From: Gemmatimonadaceae bacterium
GTDB lineage: Bacteria > Gemmatimonadota > Gemmatimonadetes > Gemmatimonadales > Gemmatimonadaceae
Assembly: GCA_044224875.1 (NCBI GenBank)
Contig: JBGAJQ010000001.1
Coordinates: forward strand, 64,001 to 128,000
Length of the DNA: 64,000 nt
Direction: 5' to 3'
Shown one piece after another: positions 29,923 through 38,662 of this stretch. The notes beneath the pieces are model-generated. The model saw only the letters and a list, made by a program, of their open reading frames with translations, was not told the DNA's origin and searched no databases. Every line of letters starts with the position of its first letter. Positions within the stretch are counted from its first letter, which is position 1. The translations under genes and the position numbers were made by a program.

Positions 29923-30150
29923 TCGTCGAGACGCGAATCACTTTGACTGGGCGCATGATGGGCTCGGGCAGGAGGGCTGTACACTCGTAGAACTACTAGT
30001 CGACGCCCGTTGTCCGAGCGCCCTTGGCGTCTGGTGTTTGCGTAACGCGATGCGCAAAACGGCGCTGAGGTCAGTGACGCGAATGGCGGAGCGTTTAGCT
30101 AAGGCCATGCAGCCGTGTGACCTCACGGTTCGCGTGCTCGCGAACTGGAA

Positions 30151-30187
30151 GCAGAAAGGGGATCCGTAACCTTCGGGATCCCCCTGC
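30151..30187 (-). terminator. Hairpin terminator of the Rieske operon
   Basis: GGGGATCC (30158-30165) pairs with GGATCCCC (30176-30183); TTT follows on the minus strand; about 45 bp past the stop at 30229. Confidence 0.6.
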
Positions 30188-30228
30188 AATCTTTCACAAC
30201 ATGCGAATGCAACGTTGCGCCAATGTTG

Positions 30229-30750
30229 CTATCCGATCGTCAATGTGCCCGCGGCGTCATCGTAGGTGGTGGAGTAGGCTCGCAGGCTGGAGGTGCGCTG
30301 GCCGCCGATCCACGTACCACTCGCGTTGAAACGTGCTCCGTGTCGCGGACAGGTAAATCCACCCGTGCCGTCGGTCGCCACTGTGGCTCCTTCGTGCGGG
30401 CATACGCGTGATAAGGCTACGAACGAGGAGGTGCCGGTTCGCACCACGGCGATGGCGGCGCCCGACGTGCTGACCAACGCGATACCGCCGACGTTGGCGA
30501 GCGATGCATAGTCGGCAATCTTGATGGTGAGCCCCCCGACGGTGCCTGGTCCTGTCAACGAGTCGTTGGTGCCGCACGCCGCGAGAGCGAGGACGGCGGC
30601 TGCGAGCATCCCACGGGAGAGGAAAGCACGCCGATCGAGTCCCGCGGGATCGCGCGGCGCCCCCATGACCTCAATGCCGACGCTTCCGTCAGCTGCAATT
30701 GCCAGGGGGCATGTCTGGGCGCACTCGGTGCCATCTTCGTGATGCGACAT
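30229..30750 (-). CDS. Tat-exported Rieske [2Fe-2S] lipoprotein
   Basis: Start moved to ATG 30750 (AGGAGAGGAAGG upstream); DRRAFL Tat motif; lipobox LAAC; CPH and CPRH ligand boxes. Confidence 0.88.
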   Translation of the reverse strand: MSHHEDGTECAQTCPLAIAADGSVGIEVMGAPRDPAGLDRRAFLSRGMLAAAVLALAACGTNDSLTGPGTVGGLTIKIADYASLANVGGIALVSTSGAAIAVVRTGTSSFVALSRVCPHEGATVATDGTGGFTCPRHGARFNASGTWIGGQRTSSLRAYSTTYDDAAGTLTIG

Positions 30751-30764
30751 CCTTCCTCTCCTTG

Positions 30765-31346
30765 CTAGTCGACATGAACGACGGCCGCGGTCCATCCCGC
30801 GCCGTCTTCATCCTGCTTGAACATGCGATCGAGGTTCACGACGACGTTCGCTCCCTCGCGCTTGATTTCCAGCCGATCCATCCCGCGTGTGGCGCGTCCC
30901 TCGATGAACGCTCCATCGGGACGGTACTTCGACTTGTGCTTCGGGCATTGAAACCGGTGGTCCGATTCCAGCCATCGGAGCGCCGTGTTCTGGTGCGGGC
31001 AGGACAGGTTGAACGCGTACAGGTTGCGTTCCCAGCGAACCAAGATGACGTCGGCACTCTTGTCGATGCTCACGCCGTCGGTGGCGGGAATCGCGTACGT
31101 CTTGGTGTCCTTTGTCGTGACGAGTGGGTGCAGGTCATACATCGGAGGGAGTTGGGCGTCGGCATCCCGCGGCCGACCCTCGACCACCAAGGCTGCCGCC
31201 GCGGCAAGCGCCGCTGCACGCAGGAACGCACGTCGATTCACGCCGATCGAGCACCCGGCGCAGTCGGCTCCCGAGGTATCACCCCCGCTATTCCGCGCCA
31301 CAGTCCCGCCGTCGCTTGCAGGGCTGAGGTCTGGCGACTCGTTCAT
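30765..31346 (-). CDS. Tat-exported Rieske [2Fe-2S] protein
   Basis: Start moved to ATG 31346 (ATGA overlap with the upstream stop); NRRAFL; CPHQ and CPKH boxes. Confidence 0.88.
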   Translation of the reverse strand: MNESPDLSPASDGGTVARNSGGDTSGADCAGCSIGVNRRAFLRAAALAAAAALVVEGRPRDADAQLPPMYDLHPLVTTKDTKTYAIPATDGVSIDKSADVILVRWERNLYAFNLSCPHQNTALRWLESDHRFQCPKHKSKYRPDGAFIEGRATRGMDRLEIKREGANVVVNLDRMFKQDEDGAGWTAAVVHVD

Positions 31347-31861
31347 GCATTCACCAGGATCGCGCCAGCAATGAGCGTGGCGGTCCACAGTCCAATGCTT
31401 GCCAAGGCGCCACGGCGCAACGTGCGCCAGAGCACTTCCGTTCGAGACTCGCCCAACTCCGGGCGGCGCAGGGCAACTTCGGTGCGCGTCAACAACGCAC
31501 CATTCACGATGAGCAAGCCCACCAGCGCCATCTTGATCCAGAAGGTCCACGAGGTGGCATACGTCTCGACGTCCGCGGCCGCCAGTAACAACCCACTGAC
31601 AAACAGGATCCCGAGGGCGAGGAGCACCGGGCGATGCACCGCGTGCAATTCCGCGAGCTGCTGCGGACGGCCAAGCCCAACCGTCAGCTCAACTGCTCGG
31701 CTGGCGCGGAGGGTCGATCTGTCAGCTGCAACCGCCAACCCTCCGCCGAACATGAGCGCGACCAGGTGGACGGTGGTCACCGTAGTGGAAAGGAGCTTGG
31801 AGTCGTTGTAGATGGACTGCCATGGTGCTGTCCAAAGAGTCAATTCCTGCACGATCGTCAT
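31343..31861 (-). CDS. Four-TM membrane protein, DUF6644-like
   Basis: VHLVALMFGGG, SGLLL and FWIKMALVGLLIVNG; four hydrophobic helices. Confidence 0.65.
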   Translation of the reverse strand: MTIVQELTLWTAPWQSIYNDSKLLSTTVTTVHLVALMFGGGLAVAADRSTLRASRAVELTVGLGRPQQLAELHAVHRPVLLALGILFVSGLLLAAADVETYATSWTFWIKMALVGLLIVNGALLTRTEVALRRPELGESRTEVLWRTLRRGALASIGLWTATLIAGAILVNA

Positions 31862-31914
31862 ATGTCCGTCGAATTGAGGCTTAGAGGTTCAACGCGCAGC
31901 CGGCACGTAACCGG

Positions 31915-32628
31915 CTAGTGCTTCCAGACCCACATCATCACGGTGCTCGCACTCGCGAGACCGATGGATACCAACGCAGCGTTCCGGTGGTTCTGCGCGC
32001 TGTTGCCGCTGTACGATCCGCCTTCGCCACCGTCATCCTCTGCCAGGGATGCTGTCACGAGGAACCCGGCGTCGGCGGCCAGCATGCCAACGGTGTGGAC
32101 GATCTTGCGCGTGCGATCGTTAGGGTCGTTGCGTGAATCGTAGAGGTTCCACAGCCCGGTGACCGTGTTCACGCCGAACAACACCCCGATCGCTCCGGCC
32201 ACGGTACCATGCATCGGACGTACCCACGACTTGACCTCGAGATCATTCATGAGCTTGTTGCCAAGCCAGTACTCGGTGGCAAATAGCGGCAGGGACAGGT
32301 AGCTCCCAATACGGTGAATCGTCAGGCGCCGGCCATACCAGTCGCTGTACTCAATCGCCTTCGGACGTCGCTGCTGGTCGCTGGACGTCGTGTCGGCCGT
32401 CGACGCCGGGCCCAAAACCTTCCCCGTTGATTCGAGCCCGGAAGGACGCAGCGACGGCGCGGGCACTCTCCTGAACGCTGGCGTGACTTGCCGAGCACCT
32501 GACGGCACGTCTCGCTCGTCCAGCGCACTGGCGATGGTGTCGATGACCGGACTACGTGTCGCAGCTGGCGTGGGCACCTGCATCCATGGGGTCGTGGCCC
32601 AGAACACGAGGGAAAGGAAATCGTTCAT
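31915..32628 (-). CDS. Membrane protein with four His-capped helices, putative di-heme cytochrome b561-like
   Basis: TIHR, PMHG, IVHT and QNHR each begin a hydrophobic helix. The heme assignment is inference. Confidence 0.6.
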   Translation of the reverse strand: MNDFLSLVFWATTPWMQVPTPAATRSPVIDTIASALDERDVPSGARQVTPAFRRVPAPSLRPSGLESTGKVLGPASTADTTSSDQQRRPKAIEYSDWYGRRLTIHRIGSYLSLPLFATEYWLGNKLMNDLEVKSWVRPMHGTVAGAIGVLFGVNTVTGLWNLYDSRNDPNDRTRKIVHTVGMLAADAGFLVTASLAEDDGGEGGSYSGNSAQNHRNAALVSIGLASASTVMMWVWKH

Positions 32629-33142
32629 GCGCAGTTTAGATGCGGAAAGCGAGAGTCGTCTTGCCCGACGATGCGTCGAATGAGAAACGTACGCGCGATT
32701 TCATGAATCTCGGGTAAACGATGCTCGGATTCCTATGTGATCATGAGGAACACGCAGCGTCAGCGAAACCCTATGCGACGTGATGCTGGAAATGGTGCTG
32801 CGTATTGCACGTCGCGCCATCGGTGATATCCCTCACCTAACGCGGACAACGACGGATCGTCGTTGACGGAGCGCGTTGCGTGCGTCGTGATTCCACGGCG
32901 CTTCATCGTTCGAGGCCGCACGCCAAAGACGCGTTCGCGCCGCTCGGCATCGTCACGCGCGAATGTCGGTTGTTGTACCGCGCGGCTCACGACCAGGGGA
33001 ACGAGTGTCGCAAATGGGAAATCGTCGGGTGCGTGCGCCGCTTTCGACTTCAGGCCGGTGCTGGCGAAGAGGGCGCGGCCCCTGCTAATTCCGATGCTTC
33101 CGGACCTCTGCTGCGACCAAACCCTGCAATTGGATATCCACA

Positions 33143-36100
33143 ATGATGTGGCGACGGAATCTTCGGCTGCTTGGCGTCCTCGTTACCTACCTTGTCGGCT
33201 CTGCCGTGGCGCTCTCCGAGCTACATGCCCAGGGGGCGGCGAAGAAGCCACCGACCGCAGCTCGTGCGGCAGTGCCTGCTGCACCGGTGGGTCCGATCAC
33301 CTTTGACTCATCGGCCTTTCTGGCGTTGAAGTGGCGCGAGATCGGCCCGAATCGCGGTGGGCGATCGGTGGCGGTGGCCGGTTCCGTCCAGCGTTCGAGT
33401 GAGTACTGGATGGGGACGACCGGTGGCGGCGTCTTCAAGACGACCGACGGCGGCGTGAACTGGGCCCCGGCGACCGACAAGTACTTCGGCGGGACGATCG
33501 GCGCGATCGCCGTGGATCCGCAGAATCCGGATGCCGTGTGGGTGGGCGGGGGAGAAACCGATACGCGGGGCAATACGGCCCACGGGGACGGTCTGTGGAA
33601 GACCAATGATGCGGGCAAGAGGTGGGAGCTGCTGGGGTTCAAGGACGAGCACATTTCCACGATTCGCATCCATCCCACCAGCTCCAACACGGCGTACATC
33701 GGCGTGTTTGGCAATCCATTCAAGGCGGGCACGACGCGCGGCTTGTATCGCACGACGGATGGTGGCAAGACGTTCGAGCGGCTGTTGTACACGAACGATT
33801 CGACCGGCGTGATCGACATCGCGCTGGACCCGTCCAATCCCCAGGTGCTGTACGTCGCCATGTGGCAGGCGTTCCGCACGCCGTGGTCGCTGTCCTCCGG
33901 TGGCATGGGAAGCGCCATCTTCAAGTCCGCCGATGGCGGGACCAGCTGGGTGAACCTGACGGCAACGGCAAAGGGGCTTCCGTCGGGCACGCTCGGCAAG
34001 ATTGGCCTGGCCGTGTCACCGGCCAAGGCGACCCGGGTGTTCGCGATCATCGAGGCTGACTCGGGCGGTGTGTACCGGTCGGATGATGGCGGCGCGACGT
34101 GGCAATACCTGAATCGTGACCGCAAACTTCGCCAGCGGGCGTGGTACTACTCGCAAATCATGGCCGACCCCAAGGACACGAATGTCGTCTATGTCCTGAA
34201 CGTGCAGTTCTTCCGGTCGCGAGACGGCGGCAAGACCTTCCGCGAACCCGTGAACGCCCCGCATGGCGACAACCACGATCTCTGGATTGCGCCTAACGAT
34301 CCGAGTCGCATGATCGAAGCCAACGATGGTGGGGCGACGGTGTCCATCAACGGCGGTCGCACGTGGACCGAGCAGGATTTCGCGACGGCTCAGTGGTACC
34401 ACGTGAGCACCACCAATGAATGGCCGTACAAGGTCTGCGGGGCTCAACAGGACAACTCCACGCTGTGTGGACCCAGTCGCAAGGAAGGGGGCATCACGAT
34501 GGCGGACTGGCAGGAGTCCGGTGGCGGAGAGTCGGGCTACGTCACCCCGCATCCCACCAAGCCATGGATCATCTTTGCCGGCAGCTACGGCGGTTTGCTG
34601 ACGCGACGGGACCTGCGTACGGGTTTCACTCGCGACGTCACGGTGTACCCGATCAACCCAATGGGGCACTCGTCCGAGGACATCAAGGTCCGATTCCAGT
34701 GGACGTTCCCGATTGTCTTTTCACGTCACGATCCGAACACGCTCTATGCGGCAGGCTCGGTGTTGTTCCGCTCGATCAACGAGGGCGAAAGTTGGACACA
34801 GGTATCGCCCGAGCTGGCGCGCCGCGATCCGCGAACCATGGGTGCGAGTGGCGGTCCAATCACCAAGGACCAGACGGGGGTCGAAACCTACGGGTTGATC
34901 TTCGCGTTCGACGAGTCGCCCATGCAACGCGGTGTGCTATGGGCCGGGACCGACGACGGCTACGTGTGGGTTTCCAAGGACAATGGCGCGCACTGGGAGA
35001 ACGTGACGCCGCGAGACATCGGAGACTTCACCCGCATTTCGATCATCGAGCCCTCGCACTTCGTGGCCGGCGGGGCATACGTCGCCGCCAATCGCTATCA
35101 GCAAGGCGACAAGTCGCCGATCCTGTACAAGACCACCGATTACGGGAAGACGTGGCAAAAGATCGTGTCCGGGATCAAGGATGATCACTTTACCCGAGTC
35201 ATTCGCGAGGACCCGGTGCGGCGCGGGCTGCTCTACGCCGGCACCGAGCGAGGCGTGTATGTCAGTTTCGACGACGGCATGAACTGGCGATCGCTCCAGA
35301 AGAACCTGCCCCCCGTCCCGGTGCACGACCTGACGCTGAAGGATGACGACCTGATCGCGGCCACGCACGGGCGCGCCTTTTGGGTCATGGACAACCTCAC
35401 GCCACTCCGTCAGCTCACACAAGCGGCGGTGGCAACCGCCGCACACTTGTTCAAGCCGACGGACGCGTATCGCGCCGACTGGGGCGGTGGGTTCTTTGCC
35501 CAGCTCTTTGGCCTGGGCGGGAACAACCCACCGTCGGGCGCCGTCGTCTACTACACCCTCAAGGACGCCAACCAGAAGGTGCAACTCGAATTCCTCGACG
35601 CCGCGGGGAAGACCATCAAGGCCTTCACCAGCGAGCAGGACGAGGCGACGGCGGCGGACTCGCTGCGCATGGAAACGATGAAGGCGCAGGCGATCGACTC
35701 GCTCACCCGAAACGGGTGGTCGAAAGACTCCGCTACCAAATCGATCACCGCCCGCTATGCCGACCCCTCCGCCATGTTCCAGATGGTGGATATGGAAGCG
35801 ATGTTCTCGCAGGGACCGCGTCCGCCGCGAGTGCCGAACAAGGCGGGCCTGAACATGTTTTCCTGGGACCTGCGTTACCCGGATGCCGTACGGTTCCAGA
35901 ACATGATCATGTGGGCCGGCACCGTGCAGGGACCCGTTGCCCCCCCGGGGACATACAGCGTGAAGCTCACGTTGAACGGCGGCCAGGCAGAAACCCAAAC
36001 GTTTCGCATCAAGAAGGATCCGCGTTCAGATGCCACCGACGCCGACCTGCAGGAGCAATTCCGCGTCCTCATCGCCATCCGCGACAAGGTGACGGAGGCG

Positions 36101-36535
36101 AACAACGCCGTACGCACGGTCCGCAACATGCGCTATCAGGTTGGCGACCGAACCGGGAAGCTGACGGGAACCGCGAAGCAGGAATTCGAGCAAATCGCGA
36201 ACGGCATGGTGGGCTCACTCACCAAGTCTGAAGAAGAAGTCTATCAGACGAAGAATCAGAGCTCCCAGGACCCCCTGAACTATCCGATCCGCCTCAACAA
36301 CCAGATCGCCGCCCTGACCGGCGTTGTTGGAACTGGCGACTACCGGCCGACCAAGCAGAGCTACACGGCGTTTGAGGAGCTTTCCAAGGCTTTGGACGTG
36401 CAGTTGAAGGCCGCGAAGAAGGCCTTCGACGACAACCTGCCGCGCCTCAATGCCATCCTGAAGGCGGCTGGCCTCGAAGAGCTGAAGCCCAGCACGGACG
36501 AGATCAAGCAGCAGAAACCGAACGTCGCGATGTAG
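33143..36535 (+). CDS. Exported BNR/Asp-box (VPS10/sortilin-like) glycosyl-hydrolase-like protein, paralog 1
   Basis: Signal peptide; WREIGPNRGGRS; many (S/T)xDGGxTW Asp-boxes; HGDNHDLW; CGAQQDNS; AATHGR; helical C-terminus. Confidence 0.88.
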   Translation: MMWRRNLRLLGVLVTYLVGSAVALSELHAQGAAKKPPTAARAAVPAAPVGPITFDSSAFLALKWREIGPNRGGRSVAVAGSVQRSSEYWMGTTGGGVFKTTDGGVNWAPATDKYFGGTIGAIAVDPQNPDAVWVGGGETDTRGNTAHGDGLWKTNDAGKRWELLGFKDEHISTIRIHPTSSNTAYIGVFGNPFKAGTTRGLYRTTDGGKTFERLLYTNDSTGVIDIALDPSNPQVLYVAMWQAFRTPWSLSSGGMGSAIFKSADGGTSWVNLTATAKGLPSGTLGKIGLAVSPAKATRVFAIIEADSGGVYRSDDGGATWQYLNRDRKLRQRAWYYSQIMADPKDTNVVYVLNVQFFRSRDGGKTFREPVNAPHGDNHDLWIAPNDPSRMIEANDGGATVSINGGRTWTEQDFATAQWYHVSTTNEWPYKVCGAQQDNSTLCGPSRKEGGITMADWQESGGGESGYVTPHPTKPWIIFAGSYGGLLTRRDLRTGFTRDVTVYPINPMGHSSEDIKVRFQWTFPIVFSRHDPNTLYAAGSVLFRSINEGESWTQVSPELARRDPRTMGASGGPITKDQTGVETYGLIFAFDESPMQRGVLWAGTDDGYVWVSKDNGAHWENVTPRDIGDFTRISIIEPSHFVAGGAYVAANRYQQGDKSPILYKTTDYGKTWQKIVSGIKDDHFTRVIREDPVRRGLLYAGTERGVYVSFDDGMNWRSLQKNLPPVPVHDLTLKDDDLIAATHGRAFWVMDNLTPLRQLTQAAVATAAHLFKPTDAYRADWGGGFFAQLFGLGGNNPPSGAVVYYTLKDANQKVQLEFLDAAGKTIKAFTSEQDEATAADSLRMETMKAQAIDSLTRNGWSKDSATKSITARYADPSAMFQMVDMEAMFSQGPRPPRVPNKAGLNMFSWDLRYPDAVRFQNMIMWAGTVQGPVAPPGTYSVKLTLNGGQAETQTFRIKKDPRSDATDADLQEQFRVLIAIRDKVTEANNAVRTVRNMRYQVGDRTGKLTGTAKQEFEQIANGMVGSLTKSEEEVYQTKNQSSQDPLNYPIRLNNQIAALTGVVGTGDYRPTKQSYTAFEELSKALDVQLKAAKKAFDDNLPRLNAILKAAGLEELKPSTDEIKQQKPNVAM

Positions 36536-36710
36536 GGGAGCGCGTCACGAGGGGCGACCATGCGGTCGCTCCTCGTGATTCGGCACCTGCGAGCGGTGCA
36601 TCGCAGCGGCACTGCACCACGTCCTGGCGCGCCGGTCGGGGCACGACCCCTCGGTCACGCGCCACACGGGGCATTAGGCCCGTGCGCCATCTGGCTCACC
36701 TCGGCTGGCG

Positions 36711-37226
36711 TTAGGCGCCAGCGGGGCTCATGGAGAAGTAGAGGAGATCGTTGCCAGCGGGGGTATGTCCCGCCCGTCGGACCGACGCAACGATTTGCGC
36801 CCGGTGGTGTGTACCATGATTGGCGACATGTAACAAGAGTCGCCAGAGGAGCGCGCGGAGCGAACCCCGCGTGGGATGCGTCAGCACAATCTCCCCCAAC
36901 ACCGCGTCCTCGCTCAGTCTCGTCAAGTAAGCATCCGTCTCCGCGGCAATTCCAGACCAACGCGCGCGCGCTTCGGCGACGGTTGGAATGTCGTCCGACG
37001 TAAACGGCAGCTTCGTTGCATCCTGTGGGTTCAAGGTGCCGGCAATCGTCGCAATCCAGCGCTGCTGCACCATGAGCACATGGGCGACCGTGTCGCGCAC
37101 GGAACCCTGGCCGCTACATCCCGGTGCCACGTACTCTTCGGGTGAGAGCATGGCAACGGCATCGAGCATGAGGTCCGTTGCCCAGGCGTTGTATCGAAAC
37201 AGGTACTGAATCGTATCGCGCGTCAT
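36711..37226 (-). CDS. DinB/YfiT family protein
   Basis: YNAWAT, SVRDTVAH and HVANHGTHHRAQ His triad pattern. Confidence 0.88.
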   Translation of the reverse strand: MTRDTIQYLFRYNAWATDLMLDAVAMLSPEEYVAPGCSGQGSVRDTVAHVLMVQQRWIATIAGTLNPQDATKLPFTSDDIPTVAEARARWSGIAAETDAYLTRLSEDAVLGEIVLTHPTRGSLRALLWRLLLHVANHGTHHRAQIVASVRRAGHTPAGNDLLYFSMSPAGA

Positions 37227-37252
37227 GGAGTGGTAAGTGTCGATGTGGGTGA

Positions 37253-38479
37253 CTATCGCAAGCGCTTGGTTACGTCAAGGAAGCGCGTGATATCGTCGGT
37301 GGTGTTGAACAGCGCTGGAGACACGCGCACCTGACGCAAGGCGTCCCGGACGCTGACGTCAATCTTCTCGGCGTCGAATGCGGCGCGCACCTGGGCCGGG
37401 TCGGCGGTGAAGTAGTACGTGACAATCGATGAGGCGTTGCCAGCGGGGGTGAAGAGGCGATATCCCTGACTGGTCAACCCTTGGTGCAGCTGCGCGGCCA
37501 ACGATACCGTGTGTCGTTCGATGCGGTCCACTCCCACGCGTTCCAGGTATGCCAGGCCAGCGCCGAGCTGATAGACCTCGAGGAACGGCAGTGTGGAGTA
37601 GTCGAACCGGCGAGCCGTCTTGTACAGCTCAAACGTCTGGTCTGGTCCCTCATGCTCCACGTGCAAGGCGCCGAACCGATCGAGCGTGATGCGGTCGAGG
37701 AGTGCCCGTCGCACAAAGAACGGGGCCACGCCAAAGCCACCAAGGACCCACTTGTAGGTGCCGCAACACATGGCATCCACGCCCGCCGCTTGCACATCGA
37801 TCGGAAACATGCCGGCAGCCTGGATCACGTCCGTATAGAAGAGCGCCCCGTGGGCGTGCGCGAGGTCGGCGATGGGGCGCATCTGATGCCGAAAGCCATT
37901 CTGGTGCGACACCCACGCGACCGAGACCAGCTTCGTGCGCCGGTCCACCAGTGGTTCCAGGTCGCTGATCTCCACCACGCCGTTGCGGTGCGGGGCGACG
38001 CGCAGTTGAACGCCGCGCGAACGTTCGAGCTGTCGGTAAAGCACGAACTCGGTCTCGTAATGCAGGGCGTCGATCACGACGTTGTCACCGGCGCCAAGGC
38101 CGAGCGCCGCGGCAACCACATTCTCCCCCTCGCTGGTGGAGAACAAGAACCCGATCTCGTCCGTGCCAGCGTTGACGAGCTTGGCAAATTGTGCGCGGAC
38201 CTCGTTCGTCTTCTTCAACATGTCGCCGAGGGATATCGGCCGGTTCAGCTTGCTCTCCACGAACGCGTGTCCGGCGGCAGCAACTTGCCGCGGAACGGGC
38301 GCAATGTAGGCCGAATTGAGGTACGCCCCCGCAGACGCCGCGGGAAAGTCCTGCCGCACGCCCAGAGGGTCGTCGGAGGGTGTCGCCGGCGCGCTGGCCC
38401 ACGCCACGTCGCGCACGGTTGTAGCTGCGGCCGCGAGCGTCGCGGCGCTGTTCACGAAGTCACGACGGGACATCGACAT
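37253..38479 (-). CDS. Tat-signal class V PLP-dependent enzyme
   Basis: SRRDFV Tat motif; RQDFP...YLNSA, STSEG, DVIQAAG, GTYKW (PLP Lys), VRVSPALFN. Confidence 0.85.
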   Translation of the reverse strand: MSMSRRDFVNSAATLAAAATTVRDVAWASAPATPSDDPLGVRQDFPAASAGAYLNSAYIAPVPRQVAAAGHAFVESKLNRPISLGDMLKKTNEVRAQFAKLVNAGTDEIGFLFSTSEGENVVAAALGLGAGDNVVIDALHYETEFVLYRQLERSRGVQLRVAPHRNGVVEISDLEPLVDRRTKLVSVAWVSHQNGFRHQMRPIADLAHAHGALFYTDVIQAAGMFPIDVQAAGVDAMCCGTYKWVLGGFGVAPFFVRRALLDRITLDRFGALHVEHEGPDQTFELYKTARRFDYSTLPFLEVYQLGAGLAYLERVGVDRIERHTVSLAAQLHQGLTSQGYRLFTPAGNASSIVTYYFTADPAQVRAAFDAEKIDVSVRDALRQVRVSPALFNTTDDITRFLDVTKRLR

Positions 38480-38662
38480 GGCGGAGGGAGACGGAGGTAA
38501 GTGCCAAAGGAAAATATCCGCACGCGACTACCGCTTTTCTACTCGGGCAGCGGCGACCGCAGTTCACAGCAGCGCCCTTCGACTGCACGTTAAGGTTGTG
38601 TGGCGCGCCAGATGGCGCTACCTGAGACGTGAGACGACATCCCCATTTTCCGGAGCCATGGC

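Noticed and set aside
29802..29984. 60-aa Gly-rich ORF as a RiPP precursor
   Set aside because: No RBS, no modifying enzymes nearby; the Gly content simply follows from the G-tracts.
29552..29990. T-box riboswitch upstream of glnS
   Set aside because: No UGGNACC T-box or specifier stem found; the nearest text, TGGGGGAACC, does not match.
30699..31811. Long antisense ORFs (370 aa here; also 34937-35998, 39530-40573, 52912-53928, 62976-63896)
   Set aside because: Shadow frames of real genes, expected at high GC; no recognisable motifs.
30229..32628. Cytochrome bc1/b6f complex
   Set aside because: The Rieske boxes lack the disulfide Cys; no PEWY cytochrome b and no CxxCH cytochrome c.
32629..33142. 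Imperfect palindromes (about 32697-32709, 32730-32750, 33131-33140) as Fur or other operators
   Set aside because: Short or imperfect, not repeated, and not matching a consensus I can support.
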